Below the pieces are notes generated by a model that saw only the letters and a program-made list of their open reading frames with translations, did no database searches and was not told the origin of the DNA. Below are positions 36,652 through 46,412 of a DNA stretch of 50,841 nucleotides, piece by piece. Location of the stretch: contig JBIOXZ010000201.1 in NCBI GenBank assembly GCA_044869895.1, forward strand, positions 1 through 50,841, written 5' to 3'. How positions within the stretch are numbered: position 1 is the stretch's first letter; each line of letters starts with the position of its first letter. The stretch comes from Actinomycetota bacterium (lineage in GTDB: Bacteria > Actinomycetota > UBA4738 > HRBIN12). A program made the position numbers and the translations under genes.

Positions 36652-39539
36652 CGCGTTCTGCCCCTGACGAGGTGCTAGGTCATATGGGACTCGCTTCGCG
36701 CCTCCTGCGTATCCAGAAAGGTGAGGGTCGTGTTGCCGGACTGGTGGTCGCCCTGGCGTTCGTGGCGATGACGGCATTCACGGTTGGTGAGAGCGGGATC
36801 AACGCCCTGTTCTTCGATCGAGTGGGCGCACAGGCGCTCCCCATCACATACCTCCTCCAGGGAGGGGCCTCGTTCGTCGTCATGCTCGGCCTCACCGGCA
36901 CGCTGGGCAGGCTCGGCCCTCGTCGGACGTACCTCTCAGCGCCCCTCGCGCTCGGCGTCATCCTGGTCGCCGAACGTGCATTGATCCTCACGGACGTCCG
37001 ATGGATCTACTTCGTGCTCTGGGTCACGGCGGCGATCGGGACGCTCCTGCTGGGGGTTTCGCTCTGGGGGGTTGCTGGCGCGGTCGTCGACACTCGGCAG
37101 GCCAAGCGACTGTTCCCGATCTTCGCGGCGGGCGGCATCCTCGGTTCGGTCTTCGGGGGCGTTCTGACTAGGCCCTTGGCCCAGATGATCGGCGCCGAGA
37201 ACCTGCTCCTGGTGTGGGCGGGTGGTTTGGGGGCGGCCTTCTTGCTCTCGCGCATCGTGCTGGGCCCCAGGATGGCGTCGGCGGTGCGGCGCGTCGCCCG
37301 GAGGCGTCCGTCGGCGCTGCGCGACATGGCCGGCGCGTTTGTCTTCGTCCGCAGATCGCGGCTGCTTGTGTGGATGACCGTTGCCGCCGTCTTCTTCTCG
37401 ATCCTGTTCTACCTGCTGTACCTGCCCTACGCGCGAGCCGCGAGCGAGCGGTTCCCGAAGGCAGACGAGCTCGCCGGCTTCTTTGGGTTGTTCTGGGCCG
37501 GCGTCACCCTGGCGGCGTTCCTCGTATCGATGCTCGTCACGAACCGCCTCTTTGCGTGGCTCGGTGTGGCCGCGATGGTGATCGTCCTACCCGTCCTCTA
37601 CACGGGCGCCTTCGGAGTTCTGCTCCTCGCGTCAGGCTTCGTGACGCTCGTGGTGCTCCGCTTGGTGCTTGGCACGTGGCTTCAGGGGGTGGCGTCGCCG
37701 GGCTGGGAGACGTTGACGAACGTTGTCCCCGAGTCGAGACGAGACCAGACGCGCGCATTCCTGAACGGTGGCCCGACGCAGATCGGAACGGTGATCGCCG
37801 GCCTCGTCGCGATCATCGGGCAAAATGCACTGACCCTTCGCCAGTACGCAGCGATGGGGCTCGTCGCCGCCGTCGTGACGGTCCTGGCAACTATCGGCAT
37901 ACGCCGTTCCTATGCAGGCGCGCTCGCGCAAGCCCTCCGCGCCGGGCGACCACAGGTATTCGAGCGCCCCTTGACGAGGCAGGCATCCGCCGCGCTGACG
38001 GTGGATGCCGATTCCGCACGCGTCATCTCCGAATCGATGAGGTCCTCGGACGTTCGCGAACGACGGGTCGCGTTCCAGATCCTTGCCGACCTGCCGACGG
38101 AGAGCCGCCCACCGGCCGTTGCGGACGGCGTCCACGACGATGACCCGATCGTCCGGCTGGCCGCCATTCGGGCGCTTGACGACTCCACGCCGGCCGGGCG
38201 CGATGCCATTGTCACGATGATCGAGGACTCTGACCCCACGGTTGCCGCAGGAGCCTCCGCGCGGGCACTGGGCCTCACGGACGACGACCGCCCGGCGTCC
38301 CGGCTTCGCGATCTGGTCGCTCACTCCGATGAAAGTGTCCGGCGAGCCACCATAGAACAACTTTCGCTCGCCCCGGCCACCTGGGCAGAGCGGCTGGCCT
38401 CCGAACTCCTAGCAGACCCGGTCGCCGAGGTCCGTGCGGCAGCGCTTGAGCGGCTTGCCGAAGCTGCGCCCGACCGCGCGCTGGAACCAGCGCTCGCCGG
38501 CCTCCAGGACCCCGACCCAGGCGTCCGGATCGCTTCGGGACGGGCGCTCGGCTCCGCAGGGACGGATCGCATGGAACATGTCCTGAGGGCGCTCGAGGAC
38601 CCTCGCACGGCGGAGGCCGCGGTCGAGGCCGTTCGCAGGACGGAAGTGAACGGCAAGGGCGACCGGGTGCGAGACTTCGTCCGGTCAGCGGCCGCGCGAG
38701 CCACACACAATCGCGCGCGGGCGGTCATGATCCCGGCGGAGGACGACGCGTCGGGACTCCTGCGCGACGCGATCCTCGACCGCGGTCGTCGCATCGCCCG
38801 CTCTGGGCTCTGGGCCGCGACCATGCTGGGAACCAGGCGAGACGCGATGGAGACCGCGATCGAGAACCTCGATGGCGGCTCAGCACAGGTGGCCACCGCG
38901 CTCGAGACGCTCGAGACGGCAAGCGATCCGGCGCTCGTCCGTCCGCTCCTAGCGCTTTGGGAACCGGTGGGTCCGCCAGCGAGCGCGAGCCGCGAGTGGC
39001 TGTCCATCGCGCTGGAGGACGAGGATCCGTTCATCAGGCAGTGTGCGGACGTGATCCGTGCCAGAGAAGGAGGTTCCATGCCAGGTTCCGTCACGGCGCT
39101 CTCGGTGATCGAACGCGTCCTGTTCCTCCGCAAGGTCTCTTTGTTCGCCGATCTGTCGCCGGCGGACCTCGAGCGCGTCGCGCAACTGGTCGAGGAGCGC
39201 GGCTACGCCGATGGCGAGGTCATCGCTGCCGAGGGCGAAGTCGGCGAGGAGCTCCATATCGTGATCGAGGGCACGATTCGCGTGGTTCAGGGCGGAGAGG
39301 GATCTGAGCGCGAGCTTGCGCGACGCAGCTCGGGCGACGTCGTCGGGGAGATGTCGCTCATCGCGCAAGCACCCCGGATCGCGTCGCTCATCGCCGATGG
39401 TCCCGTCCGGACGATCCGGCTGGGCCGTCACGAGTTCGAGAGCATGCTTCGCGAGCGACCTGGGGTCGCACTCGCTGTCATGCGCGTCCTGGTCCAACGC
39501 CTCGCCGAAGGGCGCCGCCCGGAGGCAACGGGGTCGTAG
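36648..39539 (+). CDS. MFS/NTT(Tlc)-like transporter fused to HEAT repeats and a cyclic-nucleotide-binding domain
   Basis: RIQKGEGR, RQAKRLFP, ~12 hydrophobic helices; DDDPIVRLAA/DPVAEVRAAA/DPDPGVRIA HEAT units; GEMSLIAQAPRIAS phosphate-binding cassette; alternative start ATG 36684. Confidence 0.82.
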   Translation: MTRSAPDEVLGHMGLASRLLRIQKGEGRVAGLVVALAFVAMTAFTVGESGINALFFDRVGAQALPITYLLQGGASFVVMLGLTGTLGRLGPRRTYLSAPLALGVILVAERALILTDVRWIYFVLWVTAAIGTLLLGVSLWGVAGAVVDTRQAKRLFPIFAAGGILGSVFGGVLTRPLAQMIGAENLLLVWAGGLGAAFLLSRIVLGPRMASAVRRVARRRPSALRDMAGAFVFVRRSRLLVWMTVAAVFFSILFYLLYLPYARAASERFPKADELAGFFGLFWAGVTLAAFLVSMLVTNRLFAWLGVAAMVIVLPVLYTGAFGVLLLASGFVTLVVLRLVLGTWLQGVASPGWETLTNVVPESRRDQTRAFLNGGPTQIGTVIAGLVAIIGQNALTLRQYAAMGLVAAVVTVLATIGIRRSYAGALAQALRAGRPQVFERPLTRQASAALTVDADSARVISESMRSSDVRERRVAFQILADLPTESRPPAVADGVHDDDPIVRLAAIRALDDSTPAGRDAIVTMIEDSDPTVAAGASARALGLTDDDRPASRLRDLVAHSDESVRRATIEQLSLAPATWAERLASELLADPVAEVRAAALERLAEAAPDRALEPALAGLQDPDPGVRIASGRALGSAGTDRMEHVLRALEDPRTAEAAVEAVRRTEVNGKGDRVRDFVRSAAARATHNRARAVMIPAEDDASGLLRDAILDRGRRIARSGLWAATMLGTRRDAMETAIENLDGGSAQVATALETLETASDPALVRPLLALWEPVGPPASASREWLSIALEDEDPFIRQCADVIRAREGGSMPGSVTALSVIERVLFLRKVSLFADLSPADLERVAQLVEERGYADGEVIAAEGEVGEELHIVIEGTIRVVQGGEGSERELARRSSGDVVGEMSLIAQAPRIASLIADGPVRTIRLGRHEFESMLRERPGVALAVMRVLVQRLAEGRRPEATGS

Positions 39540-39604
39540 GCAGGCCTCATGCCGCTCAACTGCTCGACGCAGCGGCCTGGCGGACCAGCCGTACTGCTAC
39601 CCCG

Positions 39605-39939
39605 TCAGAAGGAGAAGCACTCCATCAGGTCGTCGACCACGTCAAGCTCCGATCCCGTGGTGGGGCCGGTGGTCCGATCGGCTGACCCTCGGCCGCCGCG
39701 TAGTTGGGGCCTCCGGGGGTGGACTCGTCGAACAGATGGTTGACCGATGCAAGGGTGGGCAGCCCGAAGTTCGCCTCCAGGAACTTGAGGATCGAGACGA
39801 GGTCGTACGTAGTCGGCTCCAGGTGCGCCGGGTAGGCGAACGGCGAGATTACCCATGTCGGGATCCGGATACCGAGGCCGAAGGCATCAACTTGCGGCGG
39901 CGGCACGTGGTCGAAGTATCCGCCGTGCTCGTCGTAAGC
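39605..39939 (-). pseudogene. Phosphoesterase/phospholipase C C-terminal remnant
   Basis: AYDEHGGYFDHVPPP...GIRIPTWVISPF...YDLVSILKFLE; no N-terminus; frameshift near 39650 before DLMECFSF*. Confidence 0.75.
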
Positions 39940-39954
39940 CTCTGGCGGTCATTT

Positions 39955-40839
39955 TCAATCGCTGAGGAGCGATGAGGGCAGGCGTTGATGCCGGTCGCCC
40001 GCCGCCTGGGTCCACCGCGCTGGGCCGGTGTCATCGAGCCGCTGGGGCACGGTCGCCACGGTGAAGTGGGCGGGCGCGATCGACCGCAGCTCGTCGGGGA
40101 CGACGGGGAATGAGACCGTGGCCTCGGGGCGAGCGCGAGGTGAGTAGGGGGCCACGATCGTGGCGCCCGTGCCGTTGCGAGACGGGTCGAGCATGACCCG
40201 CCCCTTCCGCCCGGCCTTGCGGAACTCGGTGGTCACCAGGTCGGGCCTGCGGTCGGCGACGATCGTGGTGAGCCTCGCGGCAGCGTGCCGAAGCTGTTCG
40301 GGAGACACCCGCCGTCCGATCGGAACGACGATGTGCAGCCCCTTGCCGCCCGTCGTCTTGACCAAGGTGGTCAGGCCGAAATCGTCGAGGACGTCGAGAA
40401 CCAGGAACGCAACCTCCACCGCGGCGTCGAACGCGCCATCGGGCGGATCGATGTCCACGACGAGCAGGTCGGGGCGCTCGAGACGGTCCCGGCGGACCGG
40501 TGCCGGATGGAACTCGATCGCCGCCTGGTTCCCCAGCCACGCGAGCGTGGCGGCGTCGTTGCACACGGTGTAGGCAACATCCCGCTTGGCGCTGGGCGCC
40601 GGGATCGTGACGGTCCGGATCCACGACGGTGCGTACGCCGGTGTGTCCTTCTGGAAGTAGCGCTGGCCGTCCACGCCGTTTGGCGCGCGGATCAACGTGA
40701 GGGGTCGATCGTGCAGCCAAGGGAGCATGCGATCGGCCGCGGAGTCGAGATAGTCCACGAATGCCTGCTTGGTAATGCCGAGCGCGGGCCAGAGAAGCTT
40801 GTCGGGACGGGTGACCTCGACGCGCCTTTGTGCCGTCAC
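39955..40839 (-). CDS. LigD-type primase-polymerase (stand-alone)
   Basis: TRPDKLLWP, RPLTLIRAPNG, FQK, DIDPP, KTTGGKGLH, APYSPRARP. Confidence 0.9.
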   Translation of the reverse strand: MTAQRRVEVTRPDKLLWPALGITKQAFVDYLDSAADRMLPWLHDRPLTLIRAPNGVDGQRYFQKDTPAYAPSWIRTVTIPAPSAKRDVAYTVCNDAATLAWLGNQAAIEFHPAPVRRDRLERPDLLVVDIDPPDGAFDAAVEVAFLVLDVLDDFGLTTLVKTTGGKGLHIVVPIGRRVSPEQLRHAAARLTTIVADRRPDLVTTEFRKAGRKGRVMLDPSRNGTGATIVAPYSPRARPEATVSFPVVPDELRSIAPAHFTVATVPQRLDDTGPARWTQAAGDRHQRLPSSLLSD

Positions 40840-41849
40840 GTTTCCTGCGCCCGCTCGCGGACGACTTGCTCCGGCCGCTTGTCATCGCGAAGTCCAACGT
40901 AGCGAGGATGCCGCAGCTTGCCGTCGGGGGTCCACTCGCTGAAGCCGACCTGTGCGACCAGCTCGGGTCGTACCCAATGCACGCCCTTCATCGACAGGCC
41001 CTTCGTGTCGCCGACCGGTGGGATCGTCTGTTCGAGCGGGGCGAGACGCCGTTTGAGTACGGCGAGCTCGCGGTCACCGAAGCCGGTGCCCACCTTGCCG
41101 CCGAACCGCAGCTCGCCGTCCTCCTGGTAGCCGACCAGCAGCGCTCCGAGTCCCGAGCGCGCCCCGTGGGGGTCGGTCCATCCCAGCACGACGAACTCCT
41201 GCTCGTTCACGCACTTGAACTTCAACCAGTCCTTCGAGCGCGCGTGGGTGTACGGAGACGAGGCACGTTTGGCGATGAGACCCTCCCAGCCTTTCTCGCA
41301 GGCGGCCCGGAATGCGACCTCTCCCTCCTGGTCCAGGTGCTCGGAGAAGCGGATCTGGTCCTCGAAGGCGATCGCGCGCCGCAGAACCGACTTCCGCGCG
41401 AGCAGCGGCAACGCGGAGAGGTCGTAGCCGTCGAACCAGATCAGGTCGAACAGATAGAAAAGCACCGGTACGGCCGCGACCTGCGCCGCGCTGGGACTGG
41501 CGTTCTGCATCCGCTCCTGCAGGCGTGAGAAGGAGGTGACGTCTCCGCGGAAGGCGACGATCTCGCCGTCCGCGATCAGCGGAGCGGTCTCGTCGCGCCG
41601 AACGGCTTCGAGCAGATCCGGATAGCGCGACGTGCGGTCCTTCTGGTTCCTCGTGATCAACCGAACGGTCGAGCGCCCCTTCCACAGGAGCGAGCGCTGA
41701 CCATCGAGCTTGGCCTCGAACACCCATGCCGGGTCGGAGAAGGCGTGCTTGGCCAGCGTTGCCAGCATCAGCGGTGTGAAGGCAGGCATGGCCCGACGCC
41801 GGAGCAGGCGCCGATCGCGTTCATCCAGTTCCTCGAGGATAGGGTGCAT
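40836..41849 (-). CDS. ATP-dependent DNA ligase (LigD/LigC-type ligase domain, stand-alone)
   Basis: EAKLDG, DGEIV, FDL, EGLIAK, WLKFK, GKVGTGF, LRHPRY; start uncertain (41849 or 41930). Confidence 0.9.
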   Translation of the reverse strand: MHPILEELDERDRRLLRRRAMPAFTPLMLATLAKHAFSDPAWVFEAKLDGQRSLLWKGRSTVRLITRNQKDRTSRYPDLLEAVRRDETAPLIADGEIVAFRGDVTSFSRLQERMQNASPSAAQVAAVPVLFYLFDLIWFDGYDLSALPLLARKSVLRRAIAFEDQIRFSEHLDQEGEVAFRAACEKGWEGLIAKRASSPYTHARSKDWLKFKCVNEQEFVVLGWTDPHGARSGLGALLVGYQEDGELRFGGKVGTGFGDRELAVLKRRLAPLEQTIPPVGDTKGLSMKGVHWVRPELVAQVGFSEWTPDGKLRHPRYVGLRDDKRPEQVVRERAQET

Positions 41850-41898
41850 GTGCCTGGCAGGTACTGACGTTAGCTCGGATCCAACGTCTCGCGCCTGA

Positions 41899-42364
41899 AT
41901 GTTCGAGATTCTGGGTTTGGACTTTCGCACTCGATCCCGGGTGCCGCTGAGTCCCCCGGTTGTCAGGACTCCGCGGGAGCAACCAGGCCGGCCTCCTCGC
42001 CCTCGCCCGTTGCGACCGACCCTTGGGGTTCCACGTCCCCGTGGCTTTCGCGCACACCCGCAGGCGAGTGGACCGCCTGCAGCCGGCGCTGCTCTCGGTC
42101 AGTTTCGTGTCTACGATCGGCTTTGCCGTCACCGCGGCCGGGTCGGCGCGGGCGGTCGCCGTCTTTGCCGCCGCCGGCTTCTCTTGATCCTCATCGGCTC
42201 GCTGGTCTGGCTGGTCCCGATCCAGCGAACCCTGCAGTCCGGTTCGGAACTATCGGCGGCCGCCGTTGACGAGCTGAGGACGCGATGGCTTCGCGGTCAC
42301 CTCATCCGGGCGATCGCCGGCGTGGCGTTTGTTCGCCGTGGCCGTCGTGGCCACGATCCCATGA
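41899..42364 (+). pseudogene. Frameshifted DUF1772/anthrone-oxygenase-like membrane protein
   Basis: Segments in different frames join as ...LQPALLSVSFVSTIGFAV...AAAGF / LLILIGSLVWLVPIQRTL...LRTRWLRGHLIRAIAGVA / LFAVAVVATIP*; shifts near 42180 and 42330. Confidence 0.6.
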
Positions 42365-42649
42365 GCCTCTCCCAGTCCCCTGGCCGGGCGAGAAGAGGTT
42401 CGTTGCCGGGCTTGGTCACCGGAGGCGCGACTGGGGGAGGGTTCGGGTGGGGCGGCAGGGAGAGGTTCGTTGGCAGCAGGTTCACGACCAGCTCACCGGT
42501 CACTACATCGAGAGATCAGGTCGGCGAACCGTGTCGGGCGTGCTTCGACGACGCCATCGCGCACCTGTGGAATCGAGGGCGGGCAGGCGGCGCGACGCAA
42601 TTGATGCTCTATCTCACCGGCATGACCGACGCAGTCCGGCGACGGTCGT

Positions 42650-43357
42650 TCACACGGACACGTCGGGACGCGGCGGCGGCGACCCCCGAGGCGCAGGTAT
42701 ATGCGGAACCGCCAGCGTGAGACGGTCCTGTCGCGCGAGGACCGAACGGACCAGCAGGATCGCGAGCACGGCCGATGCGACCACTACGACGGTCGACAAC
42801 AGGTCGATGAAGTCCGCGCTTCGGATCTCCATCGGAGTTTCCGCGCTCTGGCGGGCCCCGGCCGCTATCCGGCCGAGCACTCCTGCCGAGATCCACGACG
42901 CCCACCACCAGCCGAGAACAGGCCACGTCGGGAGTGAACGCCAGTCGCTGACGCCACTGCTCGCCTTCCACAGCTCGCGATTCACCTGGAACGGCTTCCA
43001 CAGGTTCGCGATCGGGATCAGCCACCAGCCGACGGCCCATCGGGGCGAGTACTCCATCCCGGTCACCCCGACCGCCTCGAGGTTCGCGTGCCCGCGGTGC
43101 TGCCAGATGAGCCACACGACCACCGTTGCGACGAGCACTACCAGCCAGAGCCGAGCGGAGGCGGCGACACGGTTGTCTGAAGCCGTTGCCTCGGCCAGTG
43201 TCACCTGACTGCCGTCAATGATCCGCTGGAGAAGGCTCATCTCCCGGAGCACCGCCCCCGCTTCGAAGAGGATAGTCAGGACCTGAGCGACGAGAAGCGC
43301 GATCACGGCATTCCCGAGGCCGCGGATTCTCCGTCGATGACGGCCGGAAGTTACCAT
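42650..43357 (-). CDS. DUF4328-family membrane protein
   Basis: YSPRWAVGWWLIPIANLWKPFQV and LGWWWASW signatures. Confidence 0.78.
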   Translation of the reverse strand: MVTSGRHRRRIRGLGNAVIALLVAQVLTILFEAGAVLREMSLLQRIIDGSQVTLAEATASDNRVAASARLWLVVLVATVVVWLIWQHRGHANLEAVGVTGMEYSPRWAVGWWLIPIANLWKPFQVNRELWKASSGVSDWRSLPTWPVLGWWWASWISAGVLGRIAAGARQSAETPMEIRSADFIDLLSTVVVVASAVLAILLVRSVLARQDRLTLAVPHIPAPRGSPPPRPDVSV

Positions 43358-43380
43358 CGCCCTTCCCGGAAGTTACCATC
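43344..43380. repeat. 15-bp direct repeat ccggaagttaccatc x2 (22-bp period)
   Basis: Exact copies at 43344-43358 and 43366-43380. Confidence 0.9.
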
Positions 43381-43456
43381 ACCCCATCCATGAAGCCAGC
43401 ATGCGTGCTCCGATAGGAACGCTTTGGTTGCATGGGTCGAACGCACGACGCCGTGT

Positions 43457-44086
43457 TCATGCGCGACCGCGGACCGACAGGTAGTGGTGCCACAGGATCC
43501 TCGCGGCGGTGGCTCGGTGGGGTCGCCACGATTGTGCCCGAAGCTCCAGCTGGTCGAAGCTGGGTCGGGTCGGGAGCTCGAAGAGCTCGCGTGCGGCGGT
43601 CGCGAGTGCCTGGTCGCCGTGCGGCCAGACGTCGGGGCGTCGCAGGCACATGATCAAGTAGATGTCGGCGGTCCACCGGCCGATGCCGCGGAGCCGCATG
43701 AGGCTCGCGCGGACATCGTCGTCGGGCAGGTGCGCGAGGCCCGTCAGCTCGAAGCCGTCGCTGAGCGCGATGGCCAGATCACGCGCGTAGCCGGCCTTCT
43801 GGCGGCTGAAGCCGATGGTGCGGAGGTCGGAGTCCGACAGCGCGAGGAAGGCTCGCGGGCGGATGCTGCCGCCCAGCGCAGCGTCGAGCCGGTCGAACGC
43901 GGCCCGAGCCGACGCCAACGACACCTGCTGTTCGAGGATCAGATGGATGAGCGTGGCGTACGATGGCTCGCGCGCCCAGAGCGGGGGAGCGCCGTACCGG
44001 TCGACCGACGCGGCAAGGGCCGGGTCGCCGTTCACGAGCTCCGTGACTGCTCGTACGAGCGATCGACGTGTCAGCGATCGGATCAT
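43457..44086 (-). CDS. DNA-3-methyladenine glycosylase (AlkA/HhH-GPD family)
   Basis: ILEQQVSLASA, GFSRQK, LRGIGRWTAD HhH, RRPDVWPHGD, WRP; start 44086 or 44110. Confidence 0.88.
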   Translation of the reverse strand: MIRSLTRRSLVRAVTELVNGDPALAASVDRYGAPPLWAREPSYATLIHLILEQQVSLASARAAFDRLDAALGGSIRPRAFLALSDSDLRTIGFSRQKAGYARDLAIALSDGFELTGLAHLPDDDVRASLMRLRGIGRWTADIYLIMCLRRPDVWPHGDQALATAARELFELPTRPSFDQLELRAQSWRPHRATAARILWHHYLSVRGRA

Positions 44087-44342
44087 CGGGAGAGCATCTT
44101 CCCGCATCATCCCTTGCGCTGCGGGCCGGCAATCCGGACCCGATCCAAGCTTGCTGCGGGGTGCGCGCTCGGGACACTCGAGCAGGGCGAGAACCTCAGA
44201 CCCGACGACAGGGGCTTCTTGGATTGCGACGGCGGCGACTACTCGATGTCGTACTCATCGTGAGGTGGCGTTCGGTTTCCGGTGAAGTCGTGCGCGCCCA
44301 GACAGTTACACTCGCACAGTCTCATCAAGGGAGGAGATCGTC

Positions 44343-44975
44343 ATGTCGGACCTGCTGACGAGGAACGTCCTGGTGATCAGCCAGAAGCCAAAGTTCATCG
44401 AGATGACGAACGAGTACGAGATCACCGGGGAGGACGGCACCCCGGTTGGCTCGATCCGGCAGGAGGGGCAGTCGAAGGCGCGCAAGTTCCTTCGCCTGGT
44501 CTCGAGCGTCGACCAGTTCTTGACGCACACGCTCGCCGTCTACGACGCCGCCGGGACCAAGGTGCTCGAGCTCGTCCGCCCGGCAAAGGTGTTCAAGTCG
44601 ACTGTCGAGGTGCACGACGCGGAGGGTGCGCGCGTCGGAAAGATCGTGCAGGAGAACATCGTCGGCAAGAAGCGGTTCCGCCTCGTCGGGCCGTCTGAGG
44701 CGCTCCTCGGCTCGATCGACGCCGAGAACTGGCGCTCCTGGGATTTCGCCATCCACGACGTCACTGGCAACGAGGTTGGCCGGATCACGAAGAAGTGGGC
44801 AGGGATCCTCCGGGAGGGCTTCACGACGGCCGATCACTACCTCCTCCACATCTCAGGCCATGTCTCGGGACCGCTCCGCACGCTCATGGTTGCATCGGCC
44901 GCGGGGGTGGACACCGCGCTGAAGCAGGACGACACCGGCGGGTTCGGCTTCGGCGGGATCGACCTCGATATCTAA
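44343..44975 (+). CDS. Phospholipid scramblase/LURP-one (tubby-like) family protein
   Basis: QKPKFIEMTNEYEI, ENWRSWDF, ITKKWAG, FTTADHY; GGAGGAG RBS. Confidence 0.78.
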   Translation: MSDLLTRNVLVISQKPKFIEMTNEYEITGEDGTPVGSIRQEGQSKARKFLRLVSSVDQFLTHTLAVYDAAGTKVLELVRPAKVFKSTVEVHDAEGARVGKIVQENIVGKKRFRLVGPSEALLGSIDAENWRSWDFAIHDVTGNEVGRITKKWAGILREGFTTADHYLLHISGHVSGPLRTLMVASAAGVDTALKQDDTGGFGFGGIDLDI

Positions 44976-44986
44976 CGACTGCCATC

Positions 44987-46399
44987 TCAGTCGTCGAGGA
45001 TCCCCTCCAGGACATCTCCGAACTGGACGAGCTGACGGGGATCCAGGAACTCGTCAAGGATGCGTCGATGCGCGTCTGCGCCGATCCGGGCTGCCCCGTC
45101 GCCATCCGCCAGGAGCCCCGACACCGCCCTTCCAAACTCCTCGTAATCCGTCGGGTCGACCAAGAACCCCGATCGACCGTGCTCGATCTGATCCTGGATG
45201 CCCCCCACCCGGCTGGCCACGACAGGACGTCCCTTCCACATGGCTTCGGCCACCGTGAGCCCGAATCCTTCGGCCAAGCTCTTCTGCACCACGACGTCGG
45301 CCCGACGCTGCAACGCGTTCACGATGGCACCGTTCTCCTCGAGGTCCTCCATGGGCAAGCACGTCAGATGGATCCGTCCCCTTGCTCGAGGCGGGCATGC
45401 GTGCCAGGCCTCGATGGACGCCTCGAGCACCGCTTGCTCCTCAGGGTCGTCGGAGACAGAGCCAGTCTCCGGGCCGGCCAGAACGAGGTGGGCGTTGGAT
45501 TCCTCGGCGACATGGGCAGCAAATGCCGAAAGGACCCCTTCAGGGTCCTTCAGCCTGTCCCATCTCGACACCTGGACCACGATCGGCACGTCGGCAGGCA
45601 GCGGCCGTTCTTGGATCATCCGCCCCTTCCTCGAGACGGTGGCCCTCGTGCCGTCGGCCCGGATGAACGTCGGCTCACCACTCCCGTCGGCCTGCAGGAT
45701 CTCGGCCGCCCGCAAGATCCCCGCTTCGGCTTCCGCGGTCATCGCTTGGTTCTTGGACGAGAAGGCGTCGATGGAGGGGGCGATCACCCATAGTCGGTCC
45801 ACATCCAACCCCTCCCATGCGTACTCCCGTCGGGAGAAGACCACGGCGTCGGCCTGGACGATGTACGGAAGAAGGAAGGCCCACGCGGTCCGGGCCAGCT
45901 CGTTCGGGTCGTCGATCCCGACATGACACCGCCAGATCACCTTGACCCCTCGCTCCTTCAGGACAGGGATCAGACTTGCCGGCTGCGGATCGTGAACGAC
46001 CACGATGTCTGACGGGCGGACCAGCGTCGTGAGGTGATGCGCCTCAGATGCCATCGTGCGTTCGAGCGTGGCGCGCTCGTCCGTCCCCAGCTCGCCGCCA
46101 TCTCCGTCCTGCCCGTGGAGCAGGTTGTGGACGCGCTTGGTGATCCGGAAGAACTCGTCCTCTCCTTCAAGTACCAACCAGCTGGTCTCCACCTCATCCC
46201 CGACCATGTACCCGAGAAGCGATCGGAGCATCTCGGCCACGCCGCCGCCCACCGATGCCGTGTTCACGTGCCACACCTTCCTGCCACGGAGCAGTGCGGC
46301 CGTCCTCCGAGCAGCGTCCCGGAACGATGCATAGCGGTCCGAGTCGAGGATGGTCTCGAATCGCTTGGGATCAAGCGGGTCGATCTGGATATCGAACAT
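44987..46399 (-). CDS. GT4 glycosyltransferase, TreT (trehalose synthase)-like
   Basis: HVNTASVGGGVAEML, HDPQP, WRCH, QVSRWDRLKDP, QKSLAEGFGLTVAEAMWK; start at MFDIQ. Confidence 0.85.
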   Translation of the reverse strand: MFDIQIDPLDPKRFETILDSDRYASFRDAARRTAALLRGRKVWHVNTASVGGGVAEMLRSLLGYMVGDEVETSWLVLEGEDEFFRITKRVHNLLHGQDGDGGELGTDERATLERTMASEAHHLTTLVRPSDIVVVHDPQPASLIPVLKERGVKVIWRCHVGIDDPNELARTAWAFLLPYIVQADAVVFSRREYAWEGLDVDRLWVIAPSIDAFSSKNQAMTAEAEAGILRAAEILQADGSGEPTFIRADGTRATVSRKGRMIQERPLPADVPIVVQVSRWDRLKDPEGVLSAFAAHVAEESNAHLVLAGPETGSVSDDPEEQAVLEASIEAWHACPPRARGRIHLTCLPMEDLEENGAIVNALQRRADVVVQKSLAEGFGLTVAEAMWKGRPVVASRVGGIQDQIEHGRSGFLVDPTDYEEFGRAVSGLLADGDGAARIGADAHRRILDEFLDPRQLVQFGDVLEGILDD

Positions 46400-46412
46400 C
46401 AGGACTCTTCGA

